Part shown: positions 17,573 through 27,597 of the stretch, piece by piece
Layout: the number at the start of each line of letters is the position of its first letter
Position numbering within the stretch: the first letter of the stretch is position 1
From: an uncultured delta proteobacterium
GTDB taxonomy: Bacteria > Desulfobacterota > Zymogenia > Zymogenales > Zymogenaceae
NCBI GenBank assembly: GCA_963792965.1
Contig: CAWBYW010000004.1
Span: 160,001-224,000, forward strand
Direction: 5' to 3'
DNA length: 64,000 nucleotides
Translations under genes and position numbers: made by a program
The notes under the pieces: generated by a model
What the model was told of the DNA's origin: nothing
What the model saw: the letters and a program-made list of their open reading frames with translations, nothing else
Databases searched by the model: none

Positions 17573-18721
17573 GTGTACTTTGAACTAACCGAAGAACAGA
17601 AGATGATCCTCGATATGACCCGGAAATTCGCCGAGGAAGAGGTCAAGCCGAAGGCCGAAGAGGTCGACCGGAATCACGCGTACCCAGCCGAAAATATCAA
17701 GAAAATGGCCGAACTCGGCCTCATGGGAATGGTCTTCCCCGACAAATACGGCGGCGCGGGCATGGACTACGTGTCGTACTCGATCGCGGTGGAGGAGATC
17801 TCCCGGCACTGCGCGTCCACGGGGGTCGTCATGAGCGCACATACATCCCTGTGCAGCGCCCCCATCTACTATTTCGGAACGGAAGAGCAGAAAAAGAAAT
17901 TCCTCACGCCACTGGCCAAGGGCGAGAAGATCGGATGCTTCGGCATGACGGAGTCGGGAGCGGGCTCGGATTCGGCGGGCACCCGGACAACGGCGAAGAA
18001 GGATGGTGACCATTATATCGTCAACGGCACAAAAAACTTCATTACCAACGGCAGAGAGGCCGACGTGGCGGTCGTATTGGTCAGAACCGGCGATGATAAG
18101 CACAAGGGACTTTCCATGATGATCATGGAGAAGGGGATGCCCGGATTCAGCGTGGGGAAGGTGGAAGATAAGCTCGGCATCCGCGGCTCGTCCACGGTGG
18201 AGCTCGTCTTCGAAGAGGTGAAGGTTCCCAAGGGAAACCTTCTCGGCCAGGAGGGTGACGGTTTCAAGATCGGCATGCACACGCTGGACGGAGGGCGCAT
18301 CGGGATCGCGTCGCAGGCGCTCGGGATTGCCCGGGGGTGCATCGAGGAGAGCATCAATTTCGGCCAGACCCGGGAGCAGTTCGGACAGCCGGTCCTCAAT
18401 TTCCAGGCGCTCCAGTGGATGATCGCCGACATGGCCACCCGTCTTGACGCGGCACGGCTCCTTACCTGGCGCGCCGCCAAGCTCAAGAGCATGGGGAACG
18501 TCCGCTTCTCCAAGGAGGCGGCGATGGCCAAGCTGTTCGCGTCGGAGACCGCGATGTGGGCGGCCACAAAGGCCATCCAGATCCACGGTGGGTACGGCTA
18601 TACCACGGACTACCCCGTCGAGCGTTATTTCAGGGACGCCAAGATCACCGAGATCTATGAGGGGACGTCCGAGATCCAGCGGCTGGTTATTTCGTCAAGC
18701 CTGATAAGGGATAAAAAATAG
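17573..18721 (+). CDS. Acyl-CoA (butyryl-CoA-like) dehydrogenase
   Basis: TESGAGSD, NGTKNFITN, LDGGRIGIA, REQFG, QIHGGYGY and IYEGTSEIQR; GTG start. Confidence 0.95.
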   Translation: MYFELTEEQKMILDMTRKFAEEEVKPKAEEVDRNHAYPAENIKKMAELGLMGMVFPDKYGGAGMDYVSYSIAVEEISRHCASTGVVMSAHTSLCSAPIYYFGTEEQKKKFLTPLAKGEKIGCFGMTESGAGSDSAGTRTTAKKDGDHYIVNGTKNFITNGREADVAVVLVRTGDDKHKGLSMMIMEKGMPGFSVGKVEDKLGIRGSSTVELVFEEVKVPKGNLLGQEGDGFKIGMHTLDGGRIGIASQALGIARGCIEESINFGQTREQFGQPVLNFQALQWMIADMATRLDAARLLTWRAAKLKSMGNVRFSKEAAMAKLFASETAMWAATKAIQIHGGYGYTTDYPVERYFRDAKITEIYEGTSEIQRLVISSSLIRDKK

Positions 18722-18744
18722 ATTACCATTAAGGAGGATAGAAA

Positions 18745-19506
18745 GTGAACTCAGCTGTCATTTTGAAGCAGGTTCCTGATACCGAGGCCTTGATCAAGAT
18801 CAAGCCGGACGCCACCGGCATCGTCAAAGAGGGGGTCAAATTCGTGATCAACCCGTACGACGAGTTCGGCGTCGAAGAGGCGCTGAAGAAGAAAGAGGCC
18901 GCGGGGTCGGGAGAGGTGACCATCATCAGCATTGGTCCCGATCGGTCGGTTGAAGCCATCAGGACGGCGCTGGCCATGGGCGCCGACAAGGGCGTGCTCC
19001 TCAAGATCGGAGAGGACGACTCTTCCGACGCGCTCGCGACGGCGAAGGCGTTGAGTGCGGAAATCAAGGGAAAAGACTATAACATCATCTTCTGCGGCAA
19101 GCAGGCCATCGACGACGATATGGCCCAGGTGGGCCCGATGGTGGCCGAGATGTTGGGGATCCCGTGTGTAACCGTCGTAACGAAGGTTGACGTAGCCGGC
19201 GACAAGGCCGTCTGCACGCGGGAGATCGAGGGCGGCAAGGAGATCGTGGAGGTAAAGCTCCCCGCGATCATCGCCTGCCAGAAGGGCCTCAATGAGCCGC
19301 GATATGCGTCTCTTCCGGGCATCATGAAAGCCAAGAAGAAACCGCTGGATATCAAGGACGTGAAGCTCGAGGCGCCGAAGGCAACGATCGCCAAGTGGGA
19401 GAGCCCGCCGCAAAGGAAAGCGGGACGGATCATCGCCGGAGACGACCCGGCAGCCAAGGCGGCCGCGCTCGTCAAGGCACTCCGGGAAGAGGCAAAGGTT
19501 ATCTAA
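18745..19506 (+). CDS. etfB: Electron transfer flavoprotein beta subunit
   Basis: KQVPDT, NPYDE, ALAMGAD, GKQAIDDD and NEPRYASL. Confidence 0.95.
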   Translation: MNSAVILKQVPDTEALIKIKPDATGIVKEGVKFVINPYDEFGVEEALKKKEAAGSGEVTIISIGPDRSVEAIRTALAMGADKGVLLKIGEDDSSDALATAKALSAEIKGKDYNIIFCGKQAIDDDMAQVGPMVAEMLGIPCVTVVTKVDVAGDKAVCTREIEGGKEIVEVKLPAIIACQKGLNEPRYASLPGIMKAKKKPLDIKDVKLEAPKATIAKWESPPQRKAGRIIAGDDPAAKAAALVKALREEAKVI

Positions 19507-19537
19507 TCCCCCAGGTTATCTGATAAGGAGAATAGAA

Positions 19538-20512
19538 ATGGCAAAGGAAGTTCTGGTATTTGCCGAGCAGCGAGGGGGCGCCTTAAAGAAGGTCTCCTTC
19601 GAGATGGTAAGCACGGGCCGCAAGCTCGCCGACAAGGTCGGTGGGGAATGCGCGGCGGTGCTGGTTGGCGACGGAGTATCCGGTCTTGCCGCCGAACTCG
19701 GTAAGTACGGTGCAGATAAAATCTACGTCGTCGAAGACGCGAAACTGAAAGACTATGTTCCCGACCTCTACTCCCAGGCCGTCGCTGCCGTGGCCAAGGA
19801 CGCTAAGATATTTATCGGCGGCGCGTCCGCCATGGGGAAGGACCTCTTCCCGCGGATCGCGGCACGCCTCGGGACCGCCATGGCCTCCGACTGCGTCAAG
19901 CTTGAGGCCGAAGGCGGCAACCTGATGGCATTCCGCCCGGTCTTCGCCGGCAAGGCGTACCTCACCATCAAGATCAGCTCCGCGCCCCAGATGGCGACCG
20001 GGAGGCCCAAGGTCTTCCCCGCGATCGAGAACAAGAAGGCGGGGGCGGTGGAAAAGGTCTCCGTTTCGCTGGATGCGCCCAAGGCGGTGCTCACGAAAAT
20101 GGAGCAGGACAGCAGCGGCCGTGTCGATCTGACTGAGGCCGATATCATCGTCTCCGGCGGCCGTGGCATGAAGGGCCCCGAGAACTACAACATCATCGAG
20201 GCGCTGGCAGACGCCCTCGGATCCAGCGCCACCGTCGGCGCGTCGCGCGCGGCGGTCGACGCCGGATGGCGCCCCCACAGCGATCAGGTGGGACAGACCG
20301 GTAAGACCGTGTCGCCTTCCCTCTATATCGCCTGCGGCATCTCCGGTGCGATCCAGCACCTGGCCGGCATGGGCTCGTCGAAGTTCATCGTGGCTATCAA
20401 CAAAGACCCCGACGCGCCGATCTTTGCGCGTGCGGACTACGGCATCGTGGAAGACCTCTTCAAGGTGGTCCCCGAGATCACCAAAGAGGTCAAGAAACTT
20501 TTGGCTGAATAA
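19538..20512 (+). CDS. etfA: Electron transfer flavoprotein alpha subunit
   Basis: [28 protein letters not shown] and GISGAIQH. Confidence 0.95.
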   Translation: MAKEVLVFAEQRGGALKKVSFEMVSTGRKLADKVGGECAAVLVGDGVSGLAAELGKYGADKIYVVEDAKLKDYVPDLYSQAVAAVAKDAKIFIGGASAMGKDLFPRIAARLGTAMASDCVKLEAEGGNLMAFRPVFAGKAYLTIKISSAPQMATGRPKVFPAIENKKAGAVEKVSVSLDAPKAVLTKMEQDSSGRVDLTEADIIVSGGRGMKGPENYNIIEALADALGSSATVGASRAAVDAGWRPHSDQVGQTGKTVSPSLYIACGISGAIQHLAGMGSSKFIVAINKDPDAPIFARADYGIVEDLFKVVPEITKEVKKLLAE

Positions 20513-20520
20513 CCTTAAGA

Positions 20521-20545
20521 AAGGGGGGGCAACCCCCCTTTTTTT
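20521..20545 (+). terminator. Intrinsic terminator-like hairpin between etfA and fadF
   Basis: AAGGGGGG-GCAA-CCCCCCTT followed by a T-run. Confidence 0.7.
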
Positions 20546-20559
20546 GAGGAGAGAAGGAA

Positions 20560-22795
20560 ATGGAATATCAGATTTCACGCGAAGTCTTCTTCAACCTCGG
20601 TGGCCCCCACGGCGTGGTGCGTCTGATCCTCTACGCGATTGCCCTGATCATCATGGCCGTTTTCGTCTACCAGTTCGTGCAGAAAGGTCAAGGTCTGGAG
20701 ATTGGGGCAGCCCGAAAAGAGGACCGATCAGATCGGCACTCGTCTCTGGGGCATCGTGGAATACGTCTTCCTGCAGCTGAAGATATTGAAGGAGAAGCTC
20801 CCCGGCGTCACCCACTTCTTCCTTTTCTGGGGGTTCGCGGTCCTCTTTGTCGGAACGGCCCTCATCGTCATCCAGGAAGACTTCACACTGCTTCTGTTTA
20901 ACGTACGCTTCTGGTACGGGATGTTCTATAAGTGGTATTCGCTGGCCACAGACCTCTTCGGGATCTTCGCGATTATCGCCGTCATCACCTTTGTCGTGAT
21001 CAGATACGTGGTCAGGCCAAAGCGGCTGGACAACAAGGCGACCGACGCGATCTCGCTTGCCCTCATCTTCCTGATTCTCATCACAGGATTCATCAACGAG
21101 GGCCTCAGGATCGCCTCCACCGAGGTCTCCACCAACCCCAAGGTGATCGCGATGAGCGGCGTCCTCAAGGGATCCGGAGAGGCGTTCCTCAAGGAAGTCC
21201 CGGAGCTGACCGACGCGGACCTGGTTACGAAGGCAAATGCGAATCCGGCCTTCAAAGATACCCCCATCACCGCGGAAAACGTCTACCTCGTCCGCAACGG
21301 CTATTACTACAATCCGAAGCTGGCGGTGTGGTCTCCGGGGGGCCTTGTCGCCGCTAACCTCTTCAACGCGACGATGACCGAGGAAGGGATCCTGGCGTAT
21401 CACAAGGTCAACTGGTGGATCCACCTGGCGCTTGCCATGGGCTTCATCGCCTATATCTTTATGGGCAAGCTGATGCACATCTTCACCTCGAGCCTCAACG
21501 TCTTCTTCCGGAAGCTTGAGCCGCGGGGGGCCCTTGCTCCGATCAAAGACATGGAAAACGCAGAGTGCTACGGGGTGGCATATCCGGAACAGTACACCTG
21601 GAAGCTCCTCATGGATGGCGATGCCTGCACCCGCTGCGGCCGGTGTCAGGATGTCTGCCCGGCCTGGCTGTCGGATAAGCCGCTGTCTCCAAAGAAGATC
21701 GTCAACGATACCAATGACAACCTCTATGAGCGCGCCCCACAGCTCTTCAAGAAGCTGCCGGCCGAAGAGGTCAAGTCAAAGGCCCTCATCGGCGAGGCCA
21801 ACGAGCTGGACTCCATCTGGTCGTGCACGACCTGTATGGCCTGCGTCGAGGCGTGCCCCGTCATGATCGACCAGGTGCAGAAGATCAACGAAATGCGCCG
21901 CTGCAAGGTCCTCATGGAAGGCGACATGACCAAGGAGCTGACGACTGCCCTGCAGAACATGGAGAAAAACTCAAACCCCTACGGCTTCGGCTTCCATGAG
22001 CGGGGAAACTGGGCCAAGGACCTCTCCCTCAAGACGCTGGCCGAGGACCCGGACGTCGAGTACCTCTACTACGTCGGGTGCGCGGGATCGTTCGACGACC
22101 GCTACAAAAGGGTCGCCACGGCCTTCGTAAAGATAATGGAAAAGGCCGGAGTCAAGATCGGCATCTTGGGTCAGGAAGAGGGATGCTGCGGCGACAGTGC
22201 CCGAAGGGCCGGAAACGAATATCTCTTCATGACGCTGGCGCAGACCAACATCGCGACCTTTGCGAACTACAACGTCAAGAAGATTGTGACGACGTGCCCC
22301 CACGGCTACAACTGCCTCAAGAACGAATACCCGCAGTTTGAGGGCGGCACGTTCGAGGTCTACCACTTCACCGAGCTTGTCGTTGATCTGATCAACCAGG
22401 GACGGATCAAGCTTAAAAAGTCGGTCGACGGCATCAAGGAAGTCGCCTACCACGACTCCTGCTTCCTGGGCCGATACAATCAACTGTATGACCAGCCGAG
22501 GAAGATCCTTTCGTCGATTCCCGGCATGGACGTGAAAGAGTTCACGAGGAACAAGACCAAGAGCTACTGCTGCGGCGCCGGCGGCGCCCGGATGTGGATG
22601 GAAGAGACGATCGGCAAGCGTATCAACCATGTCAGGACGCTGGACGCGGTCGACAAGAACTACAAGACCATCAGCACGGCTTGCCCGTTCTGCCTGACGA
22701 TGCTGTCGGACGGCATCAAGGAACTGGGCAAGGGGGAAGAGATGCAGGCCTTCGATATCCTCGAGCTCGTCATGAAGTCGATGGATATCGCCTAA
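20560..22795 (+). CDS. fadF: Membrane Fe-S oxidoreductase FadF / ETF:(methyl)menaquinone oxidoreductase (NarI-like heme b domain, two 4Fe-4S motifs, two CCG domains); one +1 frameshift at about 20683-20687
   Basis: Joining ORFs 20560 and 20702 gives about 744 aa: TM helices with His, CTRCGRCQDVCP, CTTCMACVEACP, and CCG motifs GCCGD and CCGAGG. Confidence 0.88.
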
Positions 22796-22823
22796 CAAAA
22801 GAGTTACGACTACTCTGCCTTGC

Positions 22824-22852
22824 GGCCCCCGGGAAACCGGGGGCCTTTTTTT
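22824..22852 (+). terminator. Intrinsic terminator of the fad operon
   Basis: GGCCCCCGG-GAAA-CCGGGGGCC-TTTTTTT. Confidence 0.9.
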
Positions 22853-22907
22853 CACTCCAAGGGACCCCGGACAACATCCCGGAAATTACTCCCCGATAAA
22901 ATTCCAA

Positions 22908-22936
22908 TGGACATATTTCCGTATTAACGGTATAAT
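22908..22936 (+). promoter_or_regulatory. Sigma70 promoter for glpK
   Basis: TGGACA-17 nt-TATAAT. Confidence 0.65.
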
Positions 22937-23003
22937 GAAATATTACGTAATATTTAGCTTTTCGCCTCTATTCGGCACCGCTCTCTCTATCCGGAGGACT
23001 CAT

Positions 23004-24515
23004 ATGAAAAACGGGTACATCATGGCGATCGATCAGGGGACCACGGGAAGCCGGGTCTTCATCTTCAACGAAAAGGGCGACGTGGTGGGGAGCGCCTACA
23101 AGGAATTCACCCAGATCTACCCGAAGCCGGGATGGGTGGAGCACGATCCGCTCGAAATATGGAAGAGCGTTCAGGAGACGATGGCCGACGCCTGCGCAAG
23201 CGCGGGCATTGAGACAGGGTCGATCCATGCCGTTGGGATCACCAACCAGCGGGAGACGACGGTTCTCTGGGACAAGAAGTCGGGCGAGCCGATCCACAAC
23301 GCGATCGTCTGGCAGTGCCGCCGGACGACGGAGATCTGCGAAGACCTGAAGCGACAGGGCCATGAAGAGCTCTTCAAGAAAAAAACCGGGCTGGTGTTGG
23401 ACGCCTATTTCTCCGGCACAAAGGTTAAGTGGATCCTCGACAATGTGAAGGGGTCACGGGAGCGCGCCAGGAGGGGCGAGATCATGTTCGGTACGATCGA
23501 TACGTGGCTCATGTATAAGCTTTCGGGAGGCACTATTCACGCCACCGACTATACGAATGCATCCCGCACGCTCATGTTCGATATCGAAAAGAAGCAGTGG
23601 GACGCGGAGCTACTCGAAATACTCGACGTACCCAAACAAATCCTCCCCGAAGTGAAGGACTCGTCGGGACAATTCGGCTATACCACCGCGAGCCTCCCGA
23701 TGGGACGTGAGGTCCCGATCGCCGGCGTGGCCGGGGATCAGCAGGCGGCGCTCTTCGGCCAGGGGTGCACGGTGCCGGGGACGGCCAAGAACACGTACGG
23801 GACCGGGTGTTTCCTCTTGTCGATCACGAAAGGACTCGTCCGCTCCCACAAGGGACTGTTGACCACTCTGGCCTGCTCCGATACCGGCAAGCCGGTCTAT
23901 GCGCTGGAAGGCTCGGTCTTTATTGCGGGGGCCGCGGTGCAGTGGCTACGAGACGAGCTCGGGATTATCAAGACCGCCGCCGAGACGGAATCGATTGCCC
24001 GTCAGGTCGACGATACCGACGGGGTGTACCTCGTCCCCGCCTTCGTGGGGCTGGGCGCGCCCTACTGGGACATGCACGCGCGGGGAGGGATCCTCGGTAT
24101 TACGCGCGGGGCAAATCGCTCCCACATCGTCCGGGCGGCACTGGAGGCGATCGCATATCAGACCAAAGACCTGGTTGAGGTGATCAATGCCGAGAGCGGA
24201 AAGGCGCTGTCTGCCCTTATGGTGGACGGCGGGGCGGCGAAAAACGATTTTCTGATGCAGTTTCAGTCCGATATGCTCGGCATCTCCGTGGACAGGCCGA
24301 AAATGACCGAGACGACGGCGGCGGGCGCGGCCTATCTGGCCGGGCTCGGGTCAAAATTCTGGGGGTCGGCCGAAGAGCTCAAGGAGTGCCGAAAAGTCGA
24401 CAAAATATTCGAGCCGAAGATGAACAAGAAGGACCGGGATCGACTGTACGACGGCTGGAAAGAGGCCGTGCGAAGGGTGAGCACGAAGCAATCCGTCACC
24501 GCAAAGAGCAGCTAA
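23004..24515 (+). CDS. glpK: Glycerol kinase
   Basis: IDQGTTGSR, GITNQRETT, TDYTNASRT, GDQQAALFGQ, KNTYGTGCF and GLGAPYW; GGAGG SD before ATG 23004. Confidence 0.97.
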   Translation: MKNGYIMAIDQGTTGSRVFIFNEKGDVVGSAYKEFTQIYPKPGWVEHDPLEIWKSVQETMADACASAGIETGSIHAVGITNQRETTVLWDKKSGEPIHNAIVWQCRRTTEICEDLKRQGHEELFKKKTGLVLDAYFSGTKVKWILDNVKGSRERARRGEIMFGTIDTWLMYKLSGGTIHATDYTNASRTLMFDIEKKQWDAELLEILDVPKQILPEVKDSSGQFGYTTASLPMGREVPIAGVAGDQQAALFGQGCTVPGTAKNTYGTGCFLLSITKGLVRSHKGLLTTLACSDTGKPVYALEGSVFIAGAAVQWLRDELGIIKTAAETESIARQVDDTDGVYLVPAFVGLGAPYWDMHARGGILGITRGANRSHIVRAALEAIAYQTKDLVEVINAESGKALSALMVDGGAAKNDFLMQFQSDMLGISVDRPKMTETTAAGAAYLAGLGSKFWGSAEELKECRKVDKIFEPKMNKKDRDRLYDGWKEAVRRVSTKQSVTAKSS

Positions 24516-24730
24516 AACAAAGCAGTGCACCCGATCGCTGTGCCACAGCGTCGTTTCCCTCCGCGTCCCGCAGCCTGGGGAAGGCACGTGCAATTGTCCG
24601 CTTCACGCGGCTCATCATCGCATTTTTCTTTCTTTGAGCTCCGTCGGCGAGAACCTGACGGACCTCGCGGGATAGGCGGGAAATGTTTCTCGGACACTGA
24701 ATTTCGCAGTCAGGGAGTTAAAATAGGATA

Positions 24731-26317
24731 ATGGATTTTCATACCGAAGTCCTCGTCATCGGCGGCGGAGTCACCGGCGCGGGCGTCGCCCGGGATCTGG
24801 TCATGCGGGGTATCGAGACGATCGTCATAGAGAAGGGTGACCTCGCTTCCGGGGCGACGGGCCGCTGTCACGGACTGCTGCATTCCGGGGGCCGATATGC
24901 CGTCAAGGATTCCGAGTCGGCCGTCGAGTGTATCGAGGAAAACAGGATCCTCAAGAAGATCGCCGCCAAGAGCATAGAGGACACGGGAGGCCTCTTCGTC
25001 GCGCTGGCCGACGACGACGAAGCGTATGTCGACCGATTTGTGTCGGCCTGTTTCAAGCTCGGCATCGAGACCACGAACCTCACCCTCTCACAGGCAAAGC
25101 GGATGGAGCCTAACCTGTCGGAGGACGCGACCACCATCATTCGCGTCCCCGACGCGGCGGTGGATCCCTTCATGCTCACGGTGATGAACGTGAGGGACGC
25201 CCAAACCAGGGGGGCGCGAGTCTTCAGGCATACGGAGCTGACCGGCCTTATCGTCGAGAAGGGAAAGGTCACGGGAGCGCTTGCTTACGATAACCTGAGC
25301 CATGAGACGCATCGAATTCGGGCCCGGTACGTCATTAACGCAACCGGGGCGTGGGCACAAAAAGTGGCAAAGCTCTGCGGGGCCCGCATTAACATGACAC
25401 TTTCCAAGGGCAGCCTGATTGTCTTCAACAGGCGGATCAACAACTGTGTCATCAATCGGCTGCGCCCGCCGGGCGACGGGGACATACTGGTCCCCAACGA
25501 GCCGACTTCGATCCTCGGAACCACCTCGATCACGGTCAAAGACCCCGAGGACTTCCGGGTGACCGACAGAGAAGTCGAGCTGATGATGCGCCAGGCGGCG
25601 CTCATGCTACCGGAATCGGTCGAGGCGCGGGTGATACGGGCGTATGCCGGCATCCGGCCGCTCGCGGCGCCCGGCACGGGCGCGGGACGGGACGTCTCGC
25701 GGACGTTTACGATCATCGATCACAAGAAGAAAGACGATATCGACGGTTTCTTGTCCATCATCGGGGGGAAGCTCACCACCTACCGCCTTATGGCGGAAAA
25801 GATCGTTGACATTATTGCCGAGGACCTCGGCGTCCACATCCCCTGCAGGACCGCGGAGGTACGGCTTGTCGGCGCGGAGTCGGGGGACCACTATGCGCTG
25901 GAGGACCGCTTCAAGGAGATCGAGACGGGGCAGGGCGATGAACACCGGGGCGTCAGGGAGATCATCTGCGAGTGTGAGCTGGTCACTAAGGACGAGATCC
26001 TGTCGACCATTGCCGAGACGGGGACCAACGACCTCAACGACATCCGGGTCCGTACGCGGGTGGGGATGGGCTCTTGTCAGGGAGGATTCTGTACGTATCG
26101 CCTGCTGGGGATCCTGCACGAGTTGGGACGGGTCCCCGATTACGAGGCCAACGAGATACTCACGAGCTTCCTTGAGGGGCGCTGGAAGGGTATCAGGCCG
26201 ATCCTCTGGGGAGATCAGCTCAGGGAAGAGCAGCTGATCGAGGGAATCTATATGGGGATTTTCGCGCTCGACAAGGTCCGCTCCCAGATGGCGCGGAAGA
26301 AGGAAAAGACGAGATGA
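24731..26317 (+). CDS. glpA: Anaerobic glycerol-3-phosphate dehydrogenase subunit A
   Basis: GGGVTGAG, GATGRCHGLLHSGGRY and GGKLTTYR, with a C-terminal ICECE...RTRVGMGSCQG. Confidence 0.93.
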   Translation: MDFHTEVLVIGGGVTGAGVARDLVMRGIETIVIEKGDLASGATGRCHGLLHSGGRYAVKDSESAVECIEENRILKKIAAKSIEDTGGLFVALADDDEAYVDRFVSACFKLGIETTNLTLSQAKRMEPNLSEDATTIIRVPDAAVDPFMLTVMNVRDAQTRGARVFRHTELTGLIVEKGKVTGALAYDNLSHETHRIRARYVINATGAWAQKVAKLCGARINMTLSKGSLIVFNRRINNCVINRLRPPGDGDILVPNEPTSILGTTSITVKDPEDFRVTDREVELMMRQAALMLPESVEARVIRAYAGIRPLAAPGTGAGRDVSRTFTIIDHKKKDDIDGFLSIIGGKLTTYRLMAEKIVDIIAEDLGVHIPCRTAEVRLVGAESGDHYALEDRFKEIETGQGDEHRGVREIICECELVTKDEILSTIAETGTNDLNDIRVRTRVGMGSCQGGFCTYRLLGILHELGRVPDYEANEILTSFLEGRWKGIRPILWGDQLREEQLIEGIYMGIFALDKVRSQMARKKEKTR

Positions 26318-27597
26318 ACTACGACGTGGTGGTAATCGGATCGGGATTATCCGGTCTTATGGCCGCCGCCAGCGCGGCAAAAGAGAAAAAGCGGGTTCTC
26401 GTCGTCGGGCGCGGGATGGGCATTATCACGATATTTACCGGCACCATCGATGTGCTCGGTTACTGGCCGATACAGGACGATACGCCGCTTTCATCCCCGA
26501 TCGATGGCATCTCCCGGCTCATCAAGAAAGACCCCGACCATCCCTACGCGAAGGTGGGGATTGACGGGGTGAAGCAGGGGATCTACTTTTTCACAGAAAC
26601 GGTGAAGAAGGGCGGGGTCGACTACGTGGGCAATCCGGCCGAGAACGTCCTGATACCCACGGCCGTGGGGACGGTAAAACCGAGCTGCATCGTCTCGTCG
26701 AGCATGGTCGGCGGGGACCTGAGGGTGAAGAAGGATGTGTTGATCTGTGGGTTCAAGGGGCTAAAGGACTTCTATCCCACGTACATGGCACACAACATCT
26801 CGACGTTGAATATACCAGGGCAACAAATACCCCGGTTCCGATCCCGCGTTTTGTCGGTCGACGTGGGCACTACCGGGTCGGGACTCAACTGCCTGACGCT
26901 GGCAAAACGGCTTGAAGAGCCGCGGCTCCTCAGGATGGTAACGGAGGAGGTCTACTCCCATCTGCGCAAGGGGGACCGCGTCGCCTTCCCGGCGGTCCTC
27001 GGCATCAGAAACAGCCGCGAGATCCACAGGGAGCTTGAGCGGTCACTCGGCGTCCCGGTCTTCGAGACGCCGACGCTGCCCCCGTCGGTCCCCGGCTACC
27101 GTCTCTTCAAGGCGCTGGAGGGGGCGCTCAGGGAGCTCGGGGTGCACATGCTCATCGGTTACGATGTCTACGGGCCGAAAACCTTCGGTAGGAGGATCGG
27201 CGAAGTTAACATCGCGATGGGAAAGCGCGAGCAGCGGGTTTCGGCCGATGCCTTTGTCCTGGCGACGGGGGGCCTCGTGGGCAAGGGGATCACCTCGTCG
27301 TACGCGGGGTTTTCCGAGCCGATCTTCGAGCTACCGGTCTCGGCCCCCAAAAAGCGGGGGGATTGGTTCAGACAGAGCCTGTTCGATACGGCCGGCCATC
27401 CCATCAACCGCGCGGGGATTAAAGTCGACGACAGCCTGCGCCCAATAGATAAGAAGGGTGATCCGATATTTGACAATCTGTTCGTGTGCGGGACACAGCT
27501 GTTCGGCTTTGATGCGCTCAGGGAAAAGTCGGGCGGCGGGGTTGCCGTCTCGTCGGGATACAAGGCCGGCATCGAGGCCTCAAGGATTAAGACATGA
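26314..27597 (+). CDS. glpB: Anaerobic glycerol-3-phosphate dehydrogenase subunit B
   Basis: GSGLSG, PTLPPSVPGYRL and SGGGVA; ATGA overlap with glpA. Confidence 0.92.
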   Translation: MNYDVVVIGSGLSGLMAAASAAKEKKRVLVVGRGMGIITIFTGTIDVLGYWPIQDDTPLSSPIDGISRLIKKDPDHPYAKVGIDGVKQGIYFFTETVKKGGVDYVGNPAENVLIPTAVGTVKPSCIVSSSMVGGDLRVKKDVLICGFKGLKDFYPTYMAHNISTLNIPGQQIPRFRSRVLSVDVGTTGSGLNCLTLAKRLEEPRLLRMVTEEVYSHLRKGDRVAFPAVLGIRNSREIHRELERSLGVPVFETPTLPPSVPGYRLFKALEGALRELGVHMLIGYDVYGPKTFGRRIGEVNIAMGKREQRVSADAFVLATGGLVGKGITSSYAGFSEPIFELPVSAPKKRGDWFRQSLFDTAGHPINRAGIKVDDSLRPIDKKGDPIFDNLFVCGTQLFGFDALREKSGGGVAVSSGYKAGIEASRIKT

